DNA from: Haloquadratum walsbyi C23 | GTDB lineage: Archaea > Halobacteriota > Halobacteria > Halobacteriales > Haloferacaceae | Length of the DNA: 32,000 nt | Reading direction: 5' to 3' | Assembly: GCF_000237865.1 (NCBI RefSeq) | Contig: NC_017459.1 | Coordinates: 1,050,001-1,082,000, forward strand | In this document: piece by piece, positions 17,521 through 26,803 of the stretch | How positions within the stretch are numbered: the stretch's first letter is position 1 | How the letters are laid out: each line of letters opens with the position of its first letter | Made by a program: the position numbers and the translations under genes | The notes under the pieces: generated by a model | Database searches by the model: none | What the model was told of the DNA's origin: nothing | The model's input: the letters and a program-made list of their open reading frames with translations, nothing else

Positions 17521-18897
17521 TTAGTCGTCGTTTGCTTCAGCTTGTTGTCTAGCTCCAAGTTTTGCCTGTTCGCGAGCACTTGGATTAACCGACTCTTTGA
17601 ATGGAACCTCTGCGACCGTTGCATATGCAGGTCCACCCGATTCAGCGTACTCTTCAGGGAGATGAACCTGGAATTCGAGATCAAGATCATTTTCATAGAT
17701 CTCATCATTCAGTAGTGCATCTGTCTCAGCTTCAAGCTTGTCCGCAGGAACAAATCCAAGTCCGATATTCGTCTCCAGATCTGGATTCCACCATGGTGAA
17801 GTCATATATCCACATTCCTCACCGGTATCTGGATCTGACACCAACCAGAAATCCGGGGCATAATCGCGAATTGGTTCACCGGACATCTTGAGTCCAACAA
17901 GTTTGAGATTAAATGGATATTCACCATCATCAATTAACGCTTGCTGGCGCTCTAGTTCTTCTTTACCAATGTAATCTGCTTGTTTATTATCTGGTACCTG
18001 ATATCCAAGGTTAACCTGGAAGGGTGAAGTCTCATGATCCATATCCTGACCCCATGAGAGAATACCAGCCGCAATCCGACGATGGTGTCCTGGTGCAATC
18101 TGCATACCACCATGGTCTTTGACTGAATCAAGAACCGGATCCCAGACGCGCTCAGCAGTTTCCATTGCATCACGAACATAAATCTCAAATCCTTTCTCAC
18201 CTGAGAAACCAGTCTGGCTGATCAAGACCTCTGCACCACCAATCTCCGCCTCCATTAGCCCATAATAAGGTATCTCTGAGACCTCTTCACCGACGACATC
18301 AACCATGACGTCCTCAGAGCGTGGTCCTTGAATTTGCATTGGTGCAACATCAATCTCATCGACTTCAACGTCAAAGTCCATCCCGACATTGACACCTTCG
18401 ATCCACTGCATCAGCGTTGAATCTGAAATTGAGAACCAGAATTCGTCCTCAGCGACCCGAAGGAGGATTGGGTCATTCAAAATCCCACCGTCCTCATTGC
18501 ACAAGATAACGTACTTTCCATGCATTGGGTCTATCTCAGTTGCATCACGCGTGATTACGTGATTTGTTAATGCCTCTGCGTCTGGACCCTTCACCCGAAT
18601 CTGACGCTCAACAGCGACATCCCAAAGAGTGACAGCTTCTGTGAGTGCGTCGTATTCAGCCATTGCTCCCCCATCTTCGGGCTCGACGAGACCGCGTGGA
18701 TGATAAATTCGATTATAGACAGTACAACGCCAGGCACCCTCCTCGTTGAACGATTTATCGAAAAATGGTGATTTACGGACCCGTGTCGAGACGAGCATCT
18801 CAATGCCAGGGTCCCCAGTCTGGCGAAGATTTCGTGGCAACGTCCGATCAGACTGATCAATACTTGGATAGTTAGGGTGATCTTCACTATTTGCCAT
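17521..18897 (-). CDS. Aminomethyltransferase (GcvT) family folate-binding protein
   Basis: About 458 aa from the ATG at 18897 (MANSEDH). GcvT-like blocks LWDVAVERQI.V.GPDA, SQTGFSGEKGFEIY and the C-terminal barrel. Confidence 0.85.
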   Translation of the reverse strand: MANSEDHPNYPSIDQSDRTLPRNLRQTGDPGIEMLVSTRVRKSPFFDKSFNEEGAWRCTVYNRIYHPRGLVEPEDGGAMAEYDALTEAVTLWDVAVERQIRVKGPDAEALTNHVITRDATEIDPMHGKYVILCNEDGGILNDPILLRVAEDEFWFSISDSTLMQWIEGVNVGMDFDVEVDEIDVAPMQIQGPRSEDVMVDVVGEEVSEIPYYGLMEAEIGGAEVLISQTGFSGEKGFEIYVRDAMETAERVWDPVLDSVKDHGGMQIAPGHHRRIAAGILSWGQDMDHETSPFQVNLGYQVPDNKQADYIGKEELERQQALIDDGEYPFNLKLVGLKMSGEPIRDYAPDFWLVSDPDTGEECGYMTSPWWNPDLETNIGLGFVPADKLEAETDALLNDEIYENDLDLEFQVHLPEEYAESGGPAYATVAEVPFKESVNPSAREQAKLGARQQAEANDD

Positions 18898-19039
18898 ACT
18901 TATGTATTCTAGATAGATACTACAATAAATGATAGTGTTCATCATCTCGTGGATTTAAATTAATACTAGTATATGTGCCGTCCGTGATATTGCGGGATGA
19001 CGGTCCTCGTCAGCAATAAACAGAACTATGAGAGAAACT

Positions 19040-19086
19040 TCTGTCATTTGATCTCCTCCCGCGCCTAAACCCGGGTATTCTGCTTG
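19040..19086 (+). repeat. 47-bp ends-only derivative of the panhandle element (left 14 nt fused to right ~33 nt)
   Basis: GATCTCCTCCCGCG + CCTAAACCCGGGTATTCTGCTTGTATTCTATAA. This compares with the left ends GATATCCTCCCGCG and GACATCCTCCCGCG, and with the right ends ...GGTACTCTCCTTGCATTCTATAG and ...GGTATTCTTTGTATTCTAAAG. Confidence 0.6.
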
Positions 19087-19266
19087 TATTCTATAATCGC
19101 TGAAATAGACGATACACTCACACTCTGATGTGAGCGTCACTTCGATTCAAACATTAATTATCTTATCAACTACCAGTATAAATAGCGCACATCCATACTG
19201 TTCGATAGACGACGATTCTCACATTTTGGGTGATAGTTTATATTTATTGAAATCATATCCGTCTAT

Positions 19267-19509
19267 ATGACTGCCCCAGGACCGGATGCAGAACATGCAT
19301 TTCGTCTTGGAACTATCGCTGGTGCGCTTGTTGGTATAGCTGTCATCGCAGTCGTATATCTACTTGGGAATACAAATGTGTGGTTTATTGCATATGCTGC
19401 TGTAATCTTATTTCCGGTATATCTCGTTATTATTGCAGTAATATTGAGTATCTGGCTTGGATACGATGTCGACCCAGAGCAACTCGAACCTGTCTCGAAG
19501 TCTCGATAA
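19267..19509 (+). CDS. Small two-TM membrane protein, hypothetical
   Basis: 80 aa with two hydrophobic helices and an acidic C-terminus. It lies between two repeat copies. Coding status is not proven. Confidence 0.45.
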   Translation: MTAPGPDAEHAFRLGTIAGALVGIAVIAVVYLLGNTNVWFIAYAAVILFPVYLVIIAVILSIWLGYDVDPEQLEPVSKSR

Positions 19510-19598
19510 CTGAGTGTATCTATCGCTACAGTATTGACAATTTCTTAGAAAGGAGTACACCACCAAATGAGTTGCATACAACAATTACGTAAGTTCAA

Positions 19599-19930
19599 GG
19601 AGAAAGCCCGGCGCTTCAGGGCTGTCTTTTACCCATAAGTTCGTGGAGTCGTAACCGGACATTTCAGACGCTCTCAGAGATATTTTGAACTCAGCAAATC
19701 GAGGCGAGAAGCGATTCAAACAGTGATATCGGCTGTGGGGGTGACAGAACGCCGGTAATCAACTCCACTGCAATTGTTCCAAAGAGGTGTTGAAACTGTA
19801 GATACCGAGGATTTCAGTCGTGCTCGCCGATCCCGTTCCGCTACAATCCTGACTCGAGTTGTGGGTGAGAGACAGCCCTTCAGGACAGGGAGGAAGTCAA
19901 GGACGAGAGTATAGCATTGCATTTTCTACA
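19599..19930 (+). repeat. Panhandle non-autonomous element, type-2 variant (~330 bp)
   Basis: The left arm GGGCTGTCTTTTACCCA pairs with the right arm TGGGTGAGAGACAGCCC, where the mismatches are T.G wobbles. 19622-19650 is identical to the reverse complement of 1-29. The right terminus GCATTTTCTACA resembles the type-1 terminus GCATTCTATAG. Confidence 0.7.
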
Positions 19931-20089
19931 CAAAAACTAAGACAACTATCGGAGCTTTATTCCAAGGCGGTTCATCAAAACTGGCTGTATCGGATAGCAA
20001 TCTTCCTCCATTCAGACCAATGTCTCTATATCATATGACACTTTGATTCTATGTCTCAGAAGATCGTGATGTGATAATTCACCTACCCA

Positions 20090-20755
20090 CTAGTCAGAAT
20101 GTGTTTGCGTGTGTTCAGCAATTGTTGCTGCAACAAGATTTCGCATTCCACGTCGAAGTCGCCCACTCACAGCAGTTGAGGAAAGATCTAACTCATCTGC
20201 AACATCACTGAGTGATACGTCTCGCGGTTCATTGAAATATCCCTCCCGGAACGCAATTTGAAGTGCCTCCCGTTGTTCATCAGTTAACCCAAATGAAGAC
20301 TCTCCCCCAGCATCCTCATTACTATATATCTCGATGATATCAAGCGTAATATTATTTTCAGTGCTATATTCCCAGATAGCATTTAATGCTGATCGATCAG
20401 GGAGCAGTAAACGCACTAACCATCCATTCCCCTTTGTCTCGGTATGAATGAGAAATCCATTTACCTGGGTCACAACCGTGCTTATTAGTTGTGTCTCTGG
20501 GGTGTGTTCAATATAATAAATTGATGTTTCCCCTGTTTCATCAACAAGTTCATACGAAGCAACGGTTGCATCCATGTCGAGTGTTGTTTCAAGCTCATCA
20601 CGGTCGTGATACTCGATAAAGAATGGAAAGGTCGTCGAACCAGGATCAGTTGTCCCCTGCGTAATGACGCGGATTTGTATATTCTCAAGGCTATTTAGTG
20701 TCGGGACAAGTGCCAAGCGCTCATGTTCGATATGTACTTTCGCGGTGATGGACAT
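20090..20755 (-). CDS. HTH_10 (Bat-type) family transcription regulator
   Basis: C-terminal LTDEQREALQIAFREGYFNEPRDVSLSDVADELDLSSTAVSGRLRRGMRNL. I preferred the ATG at 20755 over the upstream start at 20782. Confidence 0.8.
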   Translation of the reverse strand: MSITAKVHIEHERLALVPTLNSLENIQIRVITQGTTDPGSTTFPFFIEYHDRDELETTLDMDATVASYELVDETGETSIYYIEHTPETQLISTVVTQVNGFLIHTETKGNGWLVRLLLPDRSALNAIWEYSTENNITLDIIEIYSNEDAGGESSFGLTDEQREALQIAFREGYFNEPRDVSLSDVADELDLSSTAVSGRLRRGMRNLVAATIAEHTQTHSD

Positions 20756-20960
20756 TTGATGATCCTCTAATCGGATTATCAACCGATTATAAATCAGTTT
20801 TCTACCAGATTGCCAATATGCCTGTCGGTCAAAAGCCGTCGAATCACTTTCATTGAAATTTCAAACTGAATCCCATCTTCGAATTTACCCCTTGCGGCGC
20901 ACACATAAATAGTATTTGAGTACCAGACTCTATCTTTTTGAAAGTCAATGATTGGTTTGT

Positions 20961-20984
20961 ATATTGATATTGATATTGATATGA
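20961..20984. repeat. Short tandem hexamer repeat (ATATTG x3 + ATATGA)
   Basis: Read directly from the sequence. It lies in the divergent intergenic region between 20755 and 21245. Confidence 0.8.
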
Positions 20985-21120
20985 CGACGTCTTTGCATGG
21001 AGAAGGCTTGTTGCATCTTATTTTGATCACTCACACAGAGCATTCAGTCATCTTAGCTTTGATAGACAATATAGTATCTCCAGTCAGCGCTTCCTGTGGT
21101 CCATTGATGCGAATGAGTAT

Positions 21121-21177
21121 TTTACAGAATGCAAAGAAAATGCCCCAGAGCTTTGATCTGACCCCGAAGCGATTCAC
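21121..21177 (+). repeat. Solo fragment related to 14196-14260 (panhandle-family right-end-like)
   Basis: TTTACAGAATGCAAAG...GCTTTGATCTGACCCCGAAGCGATTCAC compares with TCTACAGATAGCAAGG...ACTTTGATACTGATATGACCCCGAAGCGGTTCAC. Confidence 0.5.
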
Positions 21178-21244
21178 ATGAGTGAGTACAGGAGATTATT
21201 CATGACCACGACATATACGTGTCGGCAGCGTACAATACTGTATA

Positions 21245-22384
21245 ATGACAAAGCCTGCCGACATCCGCGCGGCCGTGCCGGCGTTCGAAGATGTGCGTTA
21301 TATGAATACAGGCGCGAGTGGTCCAAGTCCACAGTCGGTCGTCCAGGCAGCACAAAATGCGATTGAGATGCATGAATGGGGCGTCGCTAGTGACCCAGGT
21401 CCATATCCGCATGCATTTGATCGGTATGATGATATTCGCTCGACAGTTGCTGATTTTCTTGGTGCCTGTCCCGAAGAAATTGCACTGACACAGAGCACAA
21501 GTGATGGCATCAATCGGGTCGCCGGGGCGCTTTCATGGGAGCCTGGCGATGTAATTGTCCGAACAGATCTTGAACATCCCGCAGGTGTTCTACCATGGGA
21601 GCGACTGGAGCGTCGTGGCTGCGATGTTCGTGTCGTTCCAACGCAGAATGGTCGTATTGATCGAGACGCATACCGGGATGCTGTTTCTGATGCCTCGTTT
21701 GTTTGTCTCAGCGCATTAACATGGAACTATGGAACTATACTTCCCGTTGAGGCACTTGTTGCGGACGCTCATGATGCTGGTGCGTTTGTGCTTGTTGATG
21801 CCGTCCAGATTCCTGGTCAGCGCTCATTCGATGTGACTCAGTGGGATGCGGACGCTGTTGCGATGGCAAGTCACAAATGGATGCTTGGTCTTTGGGGAGG
21901 CGGAATTCTATATATTGATGACTCCGTCATCGACGATCTTGATCCAGCAGCGATTGGATACAGAAGTGTCGTTTCACCCGGCGATGAAGAATCACAATAT
22001 GAATTAAAATCCGGTGCAGCGCGATTTGAGGTCGGAACAACAAATACGGCACCGTACACCGCTTTAGAAAGCGCGATTGAGATTATTGAGGATATTGGAA
22101 CAGATACAATTCAATCACATATCAATATGCTCACCACACGAGCATCTGCAAATATCCCATCTGACCGACTTGTGAGTCCATCAAATCCTGAATCCGGGTT
22201 GGTGACAGTCCACGTTGAAAATCCACAGACAGTCGTTGACCGACTGAATGCTGAGCATGATATTGTTGTTCGAACGCTCCCTGACCCTGCTGACTCCATT
22301 CGTGCTTCATTGCATGTGTATAATACGCGTGAGGATGTTGATGCGCTTCTTAGTGGGTTACAATCAACAGTTGATGGGTGGTGA
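21245..22384 (+). CDS. Class-V aminotransferase (cysteine desulfurase/SufS-CsdA-like fold)
   Basis: 379 aa. Motifs YMNTGASGP, LVDAVQ, and the PLP-lysine context SHKWMLG. Confidence 0.88.
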   Translation: MTKPADIRAAVPAFEDVRYMNTGASGPSPQSVVQAAQNAIEMHEWGVASDPGPYPHAFDRYDDIRSTVADFLGACPEEIALTQSTSDGINRVAGALSWEPGDVIVRTDLEHPAGVLPWERLERRGCDVRVVPTQNGRIDRDAYRDAVSDASFVCLSALTWNYGTILPVEALVADAHDAGAFVLVDAVQIPGQRSFDVTQWDADAVAMASHKWMLGLWGGGILYIDDSVIDDLDPAAIGYRSVVSPGDEESQYELKSGAARFEVGTTNTAPYTALESAIEIIEDIGTDTIQSHINMLTTRASANIPSDRLVSPSNPESGLVTVHVENPQTVVDRLNAEHDIVVRTLPDPADSIRASLHVYNTREDVDALLSGLQSTVDGW

Positions 22385-22454
22385 TGAGAGATTGAGCTTT
22401 TATTCAACGAGCATGAATAGCTAAGGATTCATCATAACGTATTGTTATTGTATA

Positions 22455-23120
22455 TCACACTCGTTGTGAAAGTAGCTCTGAGAGTAGTTTCCGTTGTGCA
22501 ACCGCGAGATGTTCAGTGAATGTCGAGAGACCAATGCCAAGTTCATCAGCAACGGTCGTTGCATTCGCGTCACGAGGGTATTGAAAATAGCCCATACTGT
22601 AAGCAGTTTGCAGGACTTCCTGTTGTCTATCGGTCAATGCCCCACGATCAACAAGCGCCCGATCAGGTTCGTCCGAGCCTCCGCTCGCGTCCGCATGGAC
22701 AAGATATCGGAGTTCAACCCGCTCTGCAGCGTCATCGAGTTTATCAACGATTGTCCGAAGCTTATCCACGCTCTCAAGATGGAGCGTTAAATGGAGCACA
22801 CCGGAGCGAGCACGAACGTCGGCAACGGGGGCGCCTGATGATTCAACAATTTCACACGCACATGCTTCTTCATGATTCCGTTTGAATCGATATACGCGCT
22901 CATCCCCAACATCAACAACTGGCTCAGCACACTCAAAGTCTGATTCGACGGCAGAACTGATGTCCTGTGAGACACGAAACTCTTCAGTAACAGTCTCATC
23001 TGCGCCCTGTCCTGTCCAGTTGATATCCGTTACAGATCCCTCCTGTGTCGCCGAAATGGTTGACACTGGACAATTCGTTGGGTTATGAACCGCTAGTTCA
23101 GTTCGAATGCCGTCTGGCAT
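22455..23120 (-). CDS. HTH_10 (Bat-type) family transcription regulator with a Cys-containing N-terminal domain
   Basis: C-terminal LTDRQQEVLQTAYSMGYFQYPRDANATTVADELGIGLSTFTEHLAVAQRKLL. Confidence 0.8.
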   Translation of the reverse strand: MPDGIRTELAVHNPTNCPVSTISATQEGSVTDINWTGQGADETVTEEFRVSQDISSAVESDFECAEPVVDVGDERVYRFKRNHEEACACEIVESSGAPVADVRARSGVLHLTLHLESVDKLRTIVDKLDDAAERVELRYLVHADASGGSDEPDRALVDRGALTDRQQEVLQTAYSMGYFQYPRDANATTVADELGIGLSTFTEHLAVAQRKLLSELLSQRV

Positions 23121-23374
23121 AATTTAATTATGCAAATCAAAAGGCAAAAATGTACGCTATATGATGACATAGTATATTTTTGATATTACATCTAATCGTT
23201 CTTTGAGTGTGCAATTCAGCATCAGACTATTGAGCTACTATATCGAACTACTCTATCTTGCTTACCTACCGCTTTCAGGATTTGTTTCTTACTACGGGGA
23301 ATTAGCCTGTGGATATTAAACCCCTCAAAATTTGGGCTAGCGCATGAATCAATCCGGTGATACAATAGTATGTA

Positions 23375-24430
23375 ATGAGTTCTATTCGGAGTCAATTTGC
23401 GGTGAGTGCGGGATCAACAATGATGATGATTTCGCGAGCCACACTGACTGGACTTATTGCAATTTTTATTTGTGTTCATTTCGCCGGTATTACACTGACG
23501 CTTCAAACCCAAGCAGCAATTTACTTACTTGGAATGGTTGCATTAAATCTTCCACATGGTGGATATGAGCACTTTGCGAATCTTCGTCGTCGAGCGATGC
23601 GATTTCGAGGGAAATATATTGCTGGATATCTATGCGTGGCAGCAGTATTTATCGCTGTGTTTGTGCTCGCACCTGTTATCGGACTTGCAATTGCAATCGC
23701 GATTGCCGTTGCAAAGGGTGGCGGTGGTGATCTCTATGCCTTGCAGATAACAGCAGGAACTGGTCATATCCAATCGCGAGCACATCAGTTGCTTGCAGTT
23801 GCTGCCCGTGGTGGCGCGGTCATGGCTGTACCGATTGTCGTTTTTCCCGAGACATTTCATACGTTTAGTTCGCTTATGATTGGGATGGTTGACCCTGGTG
23901 GGCTTACTGGCATTGCACGTTATTTCGACGTTACCCGCATCATCATTGGGGTTGGCTATGCCGCAACGGTCATTGGGCATCTCGGTGCCGGATACCTGCA
24001 TCGCACAGTCGATGGAAGCGGGTGGATGGTTGATGCTGCTGAGACAATATTGCTCATTGGATATTTTGCAGTCGTTCCTGTCGTTGTTGCTGTTGGATTG
24101 TACTTCCCGTTGTGGTACTCAATGCGGCAGGTTGCACGTGAACTTAATATTGAAACGAATACAACACAAGGGTCAGACCTCCTTGGTGGAACTACTGTAT
24201 CTGCGGGGGGTGTTGCGCTTCGTGCATGGGTCGTATTGATTGCTGGTGCGCTTGCAACGGCGATTGTCGCTGTTGGATTCTGGTGGGTTGTGCCGAATCC
24301 AGTCCCAAGTGAATCGATCTCCTTCGGGTTAGTTGCGTTTTGGAGTGTGTTCATTAGCATCATTGCACTGCCACATGTGCTTGTTGGGAATGTCCTGGAT
24401 CGTCAACGTGGCATCTGGCATGTACCATGA
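23375..24430 (+). CDS. brp: Brp/Blh-family beta-carotene 15,15'-dioxygenase (retinal synthesis)
   Basis: 351-aa polytopic membrane protein. It carries the family signatures as I recall them: LNLPHGGYEH, LYFPLWYSMRQVAR and IIALPHVLVG...RGIWHVP at the C-terminus. Confidence 0.7.
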   Translation: MSSIRSQFAVSAGSTMMMISRATLTGLIAIFICVHFAGITLTLQTQAAIYLLGMVALNLPHGGYEHFANLRRRAMRFRGKYIAGYLCVAAVFIAVFVLAPVIGLAIAIAIAVAKGGGGDLYALQITAGTGHIQSRAHQLLAVAARGGAVMAVPIVVFPETFHTFSSLMIGMVDPGGLTGIARYFDVTRIIIGVGYAATVIGHLGAGYLHRTVDGSGWMVDAAETILLIGYFAVVPVVVAVGLYFPLWYSMRQVARELNIETNTTQGSDLLGGTTVSAGGVALRAWVVLIAGALATAIVAVGFWWVVPNPVPSESISFGLVAFWSVFISIIALPHVLVGNVLDRQRGIWHVP

Positions 24431-24594
24431 TTATTTCCTCTACTCACAGCGATTATCATGATAACAAAATTAGCAACATTTTAATCAGACTCCTGGTGAT
24501 TAGAAAAACTTCGAGGCGAAAACCCTGTTATTTAGCGTGGAGAGAATATCAAAAAATCTACTGATATGCTACTTGCATCTTGTATACACGTAGA

Positions 24595-24900
24595 CTACTC
24601 AGGAATATCAGTGCTCATATCAGCCTCAGTTGTTGAACCATCACCACGGTCATCAGTATGTATTGACTCTGATGTCTCGATATTATCACCGTTTTCATCA
24701 ATCTTCGTAATCTGATCTCCCTGATGTTGGGGGGTGGCATCACTATCCGGACTTTCTGTATTCGTTATGCCAGCGCGTCCAAGATACAGTAATACAAGAT
24801 ATCCGACGACACCCGAAAAAAAGAATCCAACTGGAATAATAAACGGTCCGCCGATATCAAGTATTATCTGCCAGATTTCGATGAGCGATTGTACGAGCAT
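24595..24900 (-). CDS. Small membrane protein with an acidic C-terminal tail, hypothetical
   Basis: 101 aa with an N-terminal TM segment (PFIIPVGFFFSGVVGYLVLLYL) and an acidic tail. Confidence 0.45.
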   Translation of the reverse strand: MLVQSLIEIWQIILDIGGPFIIPVGFFFSGVVGYLVLLYLGRAGITNTESPDSDATPQHQGDQITKIDENGDNIETSESIHTDDRGDGSTTEADMSTDIPE

Positions 24901-25016
24901 ATAGACTTCTCACGCTCAACCGTGTTAATTGTCAGCCGTCATTTTAAATTCATCACACGTTATTTTGGCTTGATGACACAAGTATTATATATCACCTTTA
25001 CTTCATTATATGTGCA

Positions 25017-25211
25017 ATGGCGAAAGGCACGGTTGCGTTCTTCAACGACACGGGCGGATATGGTTTTATCGAAAGCGAAGACTCTGAAGAGGACGTCTTC
25101 TTCCACATGGAAGACGTCGGTGGTCCGGATCTTGAGGAGGGACAAGAAGTTGAATTCGATATCGAGCAGGCTGATAAAGGTCCACGTGCGACCAACCTCC
25201 AGCGATTATAA
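25017..25211 (+). CDS. csp: Cold-shock domain protein
   Basis: MAKGTVAFFNDTGGYGFIE...DVFFH contains the RNP1 and RNP2 motifs. 64 aa. Confidence 0.92.
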   Translation: MAKGTVAFFNDTGGYGFIESEDSEEDVFFHMEDVGGPDLEEGQEVEFDIEQADKGPRATNLQRL

Positions 25212-25346
25212 GAACGCATCAAACAGCTAGATTAGCAGTATTGTGGTCGACGTCCTGTCGACTCTCATCATGAATTCTGTATTTCTCATCAATTTGAGCG
25301 CACGCGCTTGCGATTGAGATCCCAGTATTGATAGACTCTATGTGCG

Positions 25347-26300
25347 TTATTGGAATCCCATCGCTTCAATCTGCTCTTGATATCGATTTCGAATGGTCAC
25401 CTCAGTGACCTGGGCAACATCAGCGACTTCACGTTGTGTCTTTTTTTCATTACACAATAATGACGCAGCATAGATAGCAGCAGCAGCAAACCCAGTTGGG
25501 GACTTCCCTGAAAGCAGACCCTGTTCAGCAGAAACGTCAATGATTTCAGTCGCTTTCGACTGCACTTCCTCTGATAAATGAAGTGAGGAGGAAAACCGAG
25601 GAACAAATTGTTTCGGGTCAACAGGTCGTAATTCAAGTCCAAGTTCCTGAGAGATATACCGATATGTCCGCCCAATTTCTTTCTGTGGAACCCGGGAGAC
25701 TTCAGCGACCTCATCGAGTGAGCGCGGGATTCCCTCTTGACGACATGCAGCGTATAATGCGGAGGTAGCGACACCCTCAATTGACCGCCCCCGAATCAGG
25801 TCTTCATTCAATGCACGACGATATATAACGGATGCAACTTCACGAACTGATCGTGGAACACCAAGCGCAGATGCCATACGATCAACCTCTGAAAGTGCAA
25901 ACTGAAGATTACGCTCACCAGCGTCTTTTGTTCTGATTCGCTCCTGCCACTTGCGTAGTCGGTGCATCTGTGAGCGCTTTTCAGATGAGAGTGACCGTCC
26001 ATACGCGTCTTTATCCTTCCAGTCAATTGTTGTTGTCAATCCACGGTCATGCATTGTCTCTGTGATCGGTGCCCCAACGCGGGACTTTGACTGCCGTTCA
26101 GAGTGATTAAATGCTCGCCACTCGGGACCCCTATCGATTTGTCGTTCGTCCAAGACCAACCCACAGTCATTACATACCAACTCACCTTGGTCAGCATCAG
26201 TAACAACATCTCCTGATTCACATTCAGGACATGTGAGCCGTTCATCAGACGTCTGCTCTGTCTCCTGCTCACGCTGACGCTGGCGACTCGGGCGCTCCAT
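25347..26300 (-). CDS. tfb: Transcription initiation factor TFIIB
   Basis: 317 aa. N-terminal Zn ribbon CPEC...CNDCG, B-reader, two cyclin repeats and a C-terminal HTH ([19 protein letters not shown]). Confidence 0.95.
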   Translation of the reverse strand: MERPSRQRQREQETEQTSDERLTCPECESGDVVTDADQGELVCNDCGLVLDERQIDRGPEWRAFNHSERQSKSRVGAPITETMHDRGLTTTIDWKDKDAYGRSLSSEKRSQMHRLRKWQERIRTKDAGERNLQFALSEVDRMASALGVPRSVREVASVIYRRALNEDLIRGRSIEGVATSALYAACRQEGIPRSLDEVAEVSRVPQKEIGRTYRYISQELGLELRPVDPKQFVPRFSSSLHLSEEVQSKATEIIDVSAEQGLLSGKSPTGFAAAAIYAASLLCNEKKTQREVADVAQVTEVTIRNRYQEQIEAMGFQ

Positions 26301-26475
26301 ATAAATCCTGTGGTGAAGGGATAATTTAAGTCTTCGCGATATATTTATACCACACTACCTGTGCTAAAGTATACAAACACATGATAATGAGTGGGTATGC
26401 ATGCATAGAACGTGATACGTATGATCATGTTCTGCTGACTGAGGGCAACATCATTCAAACTCAAGATATGTTTTT

Positions 26476-26735
26476 CCTGTGAGCGAATTACAGGTAATAC
26501 AGGCGCAATACCACGGCCTTCAGACCGTGGATACGCGCCGTCGCAGCCGGGGTTTCCGAACGATCCTAACATGACCTAAATATAGTTGTTGGTGCAGTGG
26601 CTCTGACCATAGTGTAGCCGAGCGCCCGAAAGGTGGCGGTTTGAGTGTGAGTGTCCGTCCACGCTGGAAGCAGAGTGTGCCCCACGTGGGAAACAAAGAA
26701 TAAGCACCAGGCGAGCGTTAACGCAAATGTCAATT
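26476..26735. ncRNA. GC-rich, hairpin-dense non-coding island B; candidate structured RNA or PATE-like element (identity unknown)
   Basis: A clear GC jump against AT-rich flanks and no plausible ORF. Stems include 26501-26540, CCCACGTGGG at 26681-26690, and TGGTGC (26590-26595) pairing with GCACCA (26704-26709). It shares three blocks with island A and is bracketed by ATTCAAAC at 26453 and 26751. Confidence 0.3.
26499..26542 (-). repeat. 44-nt imperfect palindrome, copy 2 (GACGGCGC-GTAT-CCACGGTC-TGAA-GGCCGTGG-TATT-GCGCC-TGT on the minus strand)
   Basis: Homologous to 1122-1165, as described there. This copy has the better stem, 5 + 8 bp. Confidence 0.7.
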
Positions 26736-26803
26736 TGTTAGTTGCTGTAGATTCAAACACATGCATCCAGATCGACTAAATTATGATAAAAAGACAGATA
26801 TAG

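Noticed and set aside
26476-26735. SRP (7S) RNA or RNase P RNA as the identity of the GC-rich island
   Set aside because: I found no helix-8 signature (GGAA tetraloop followed by ..AGCA..). The only UGUAAU-like motif lies at the wrong end for an Alu domain. There is no GAGGAAAGUCC or ACAGAA..GGCUUA. At about 260 nt it is also too short for a haloarchaeal RNase P RNA.
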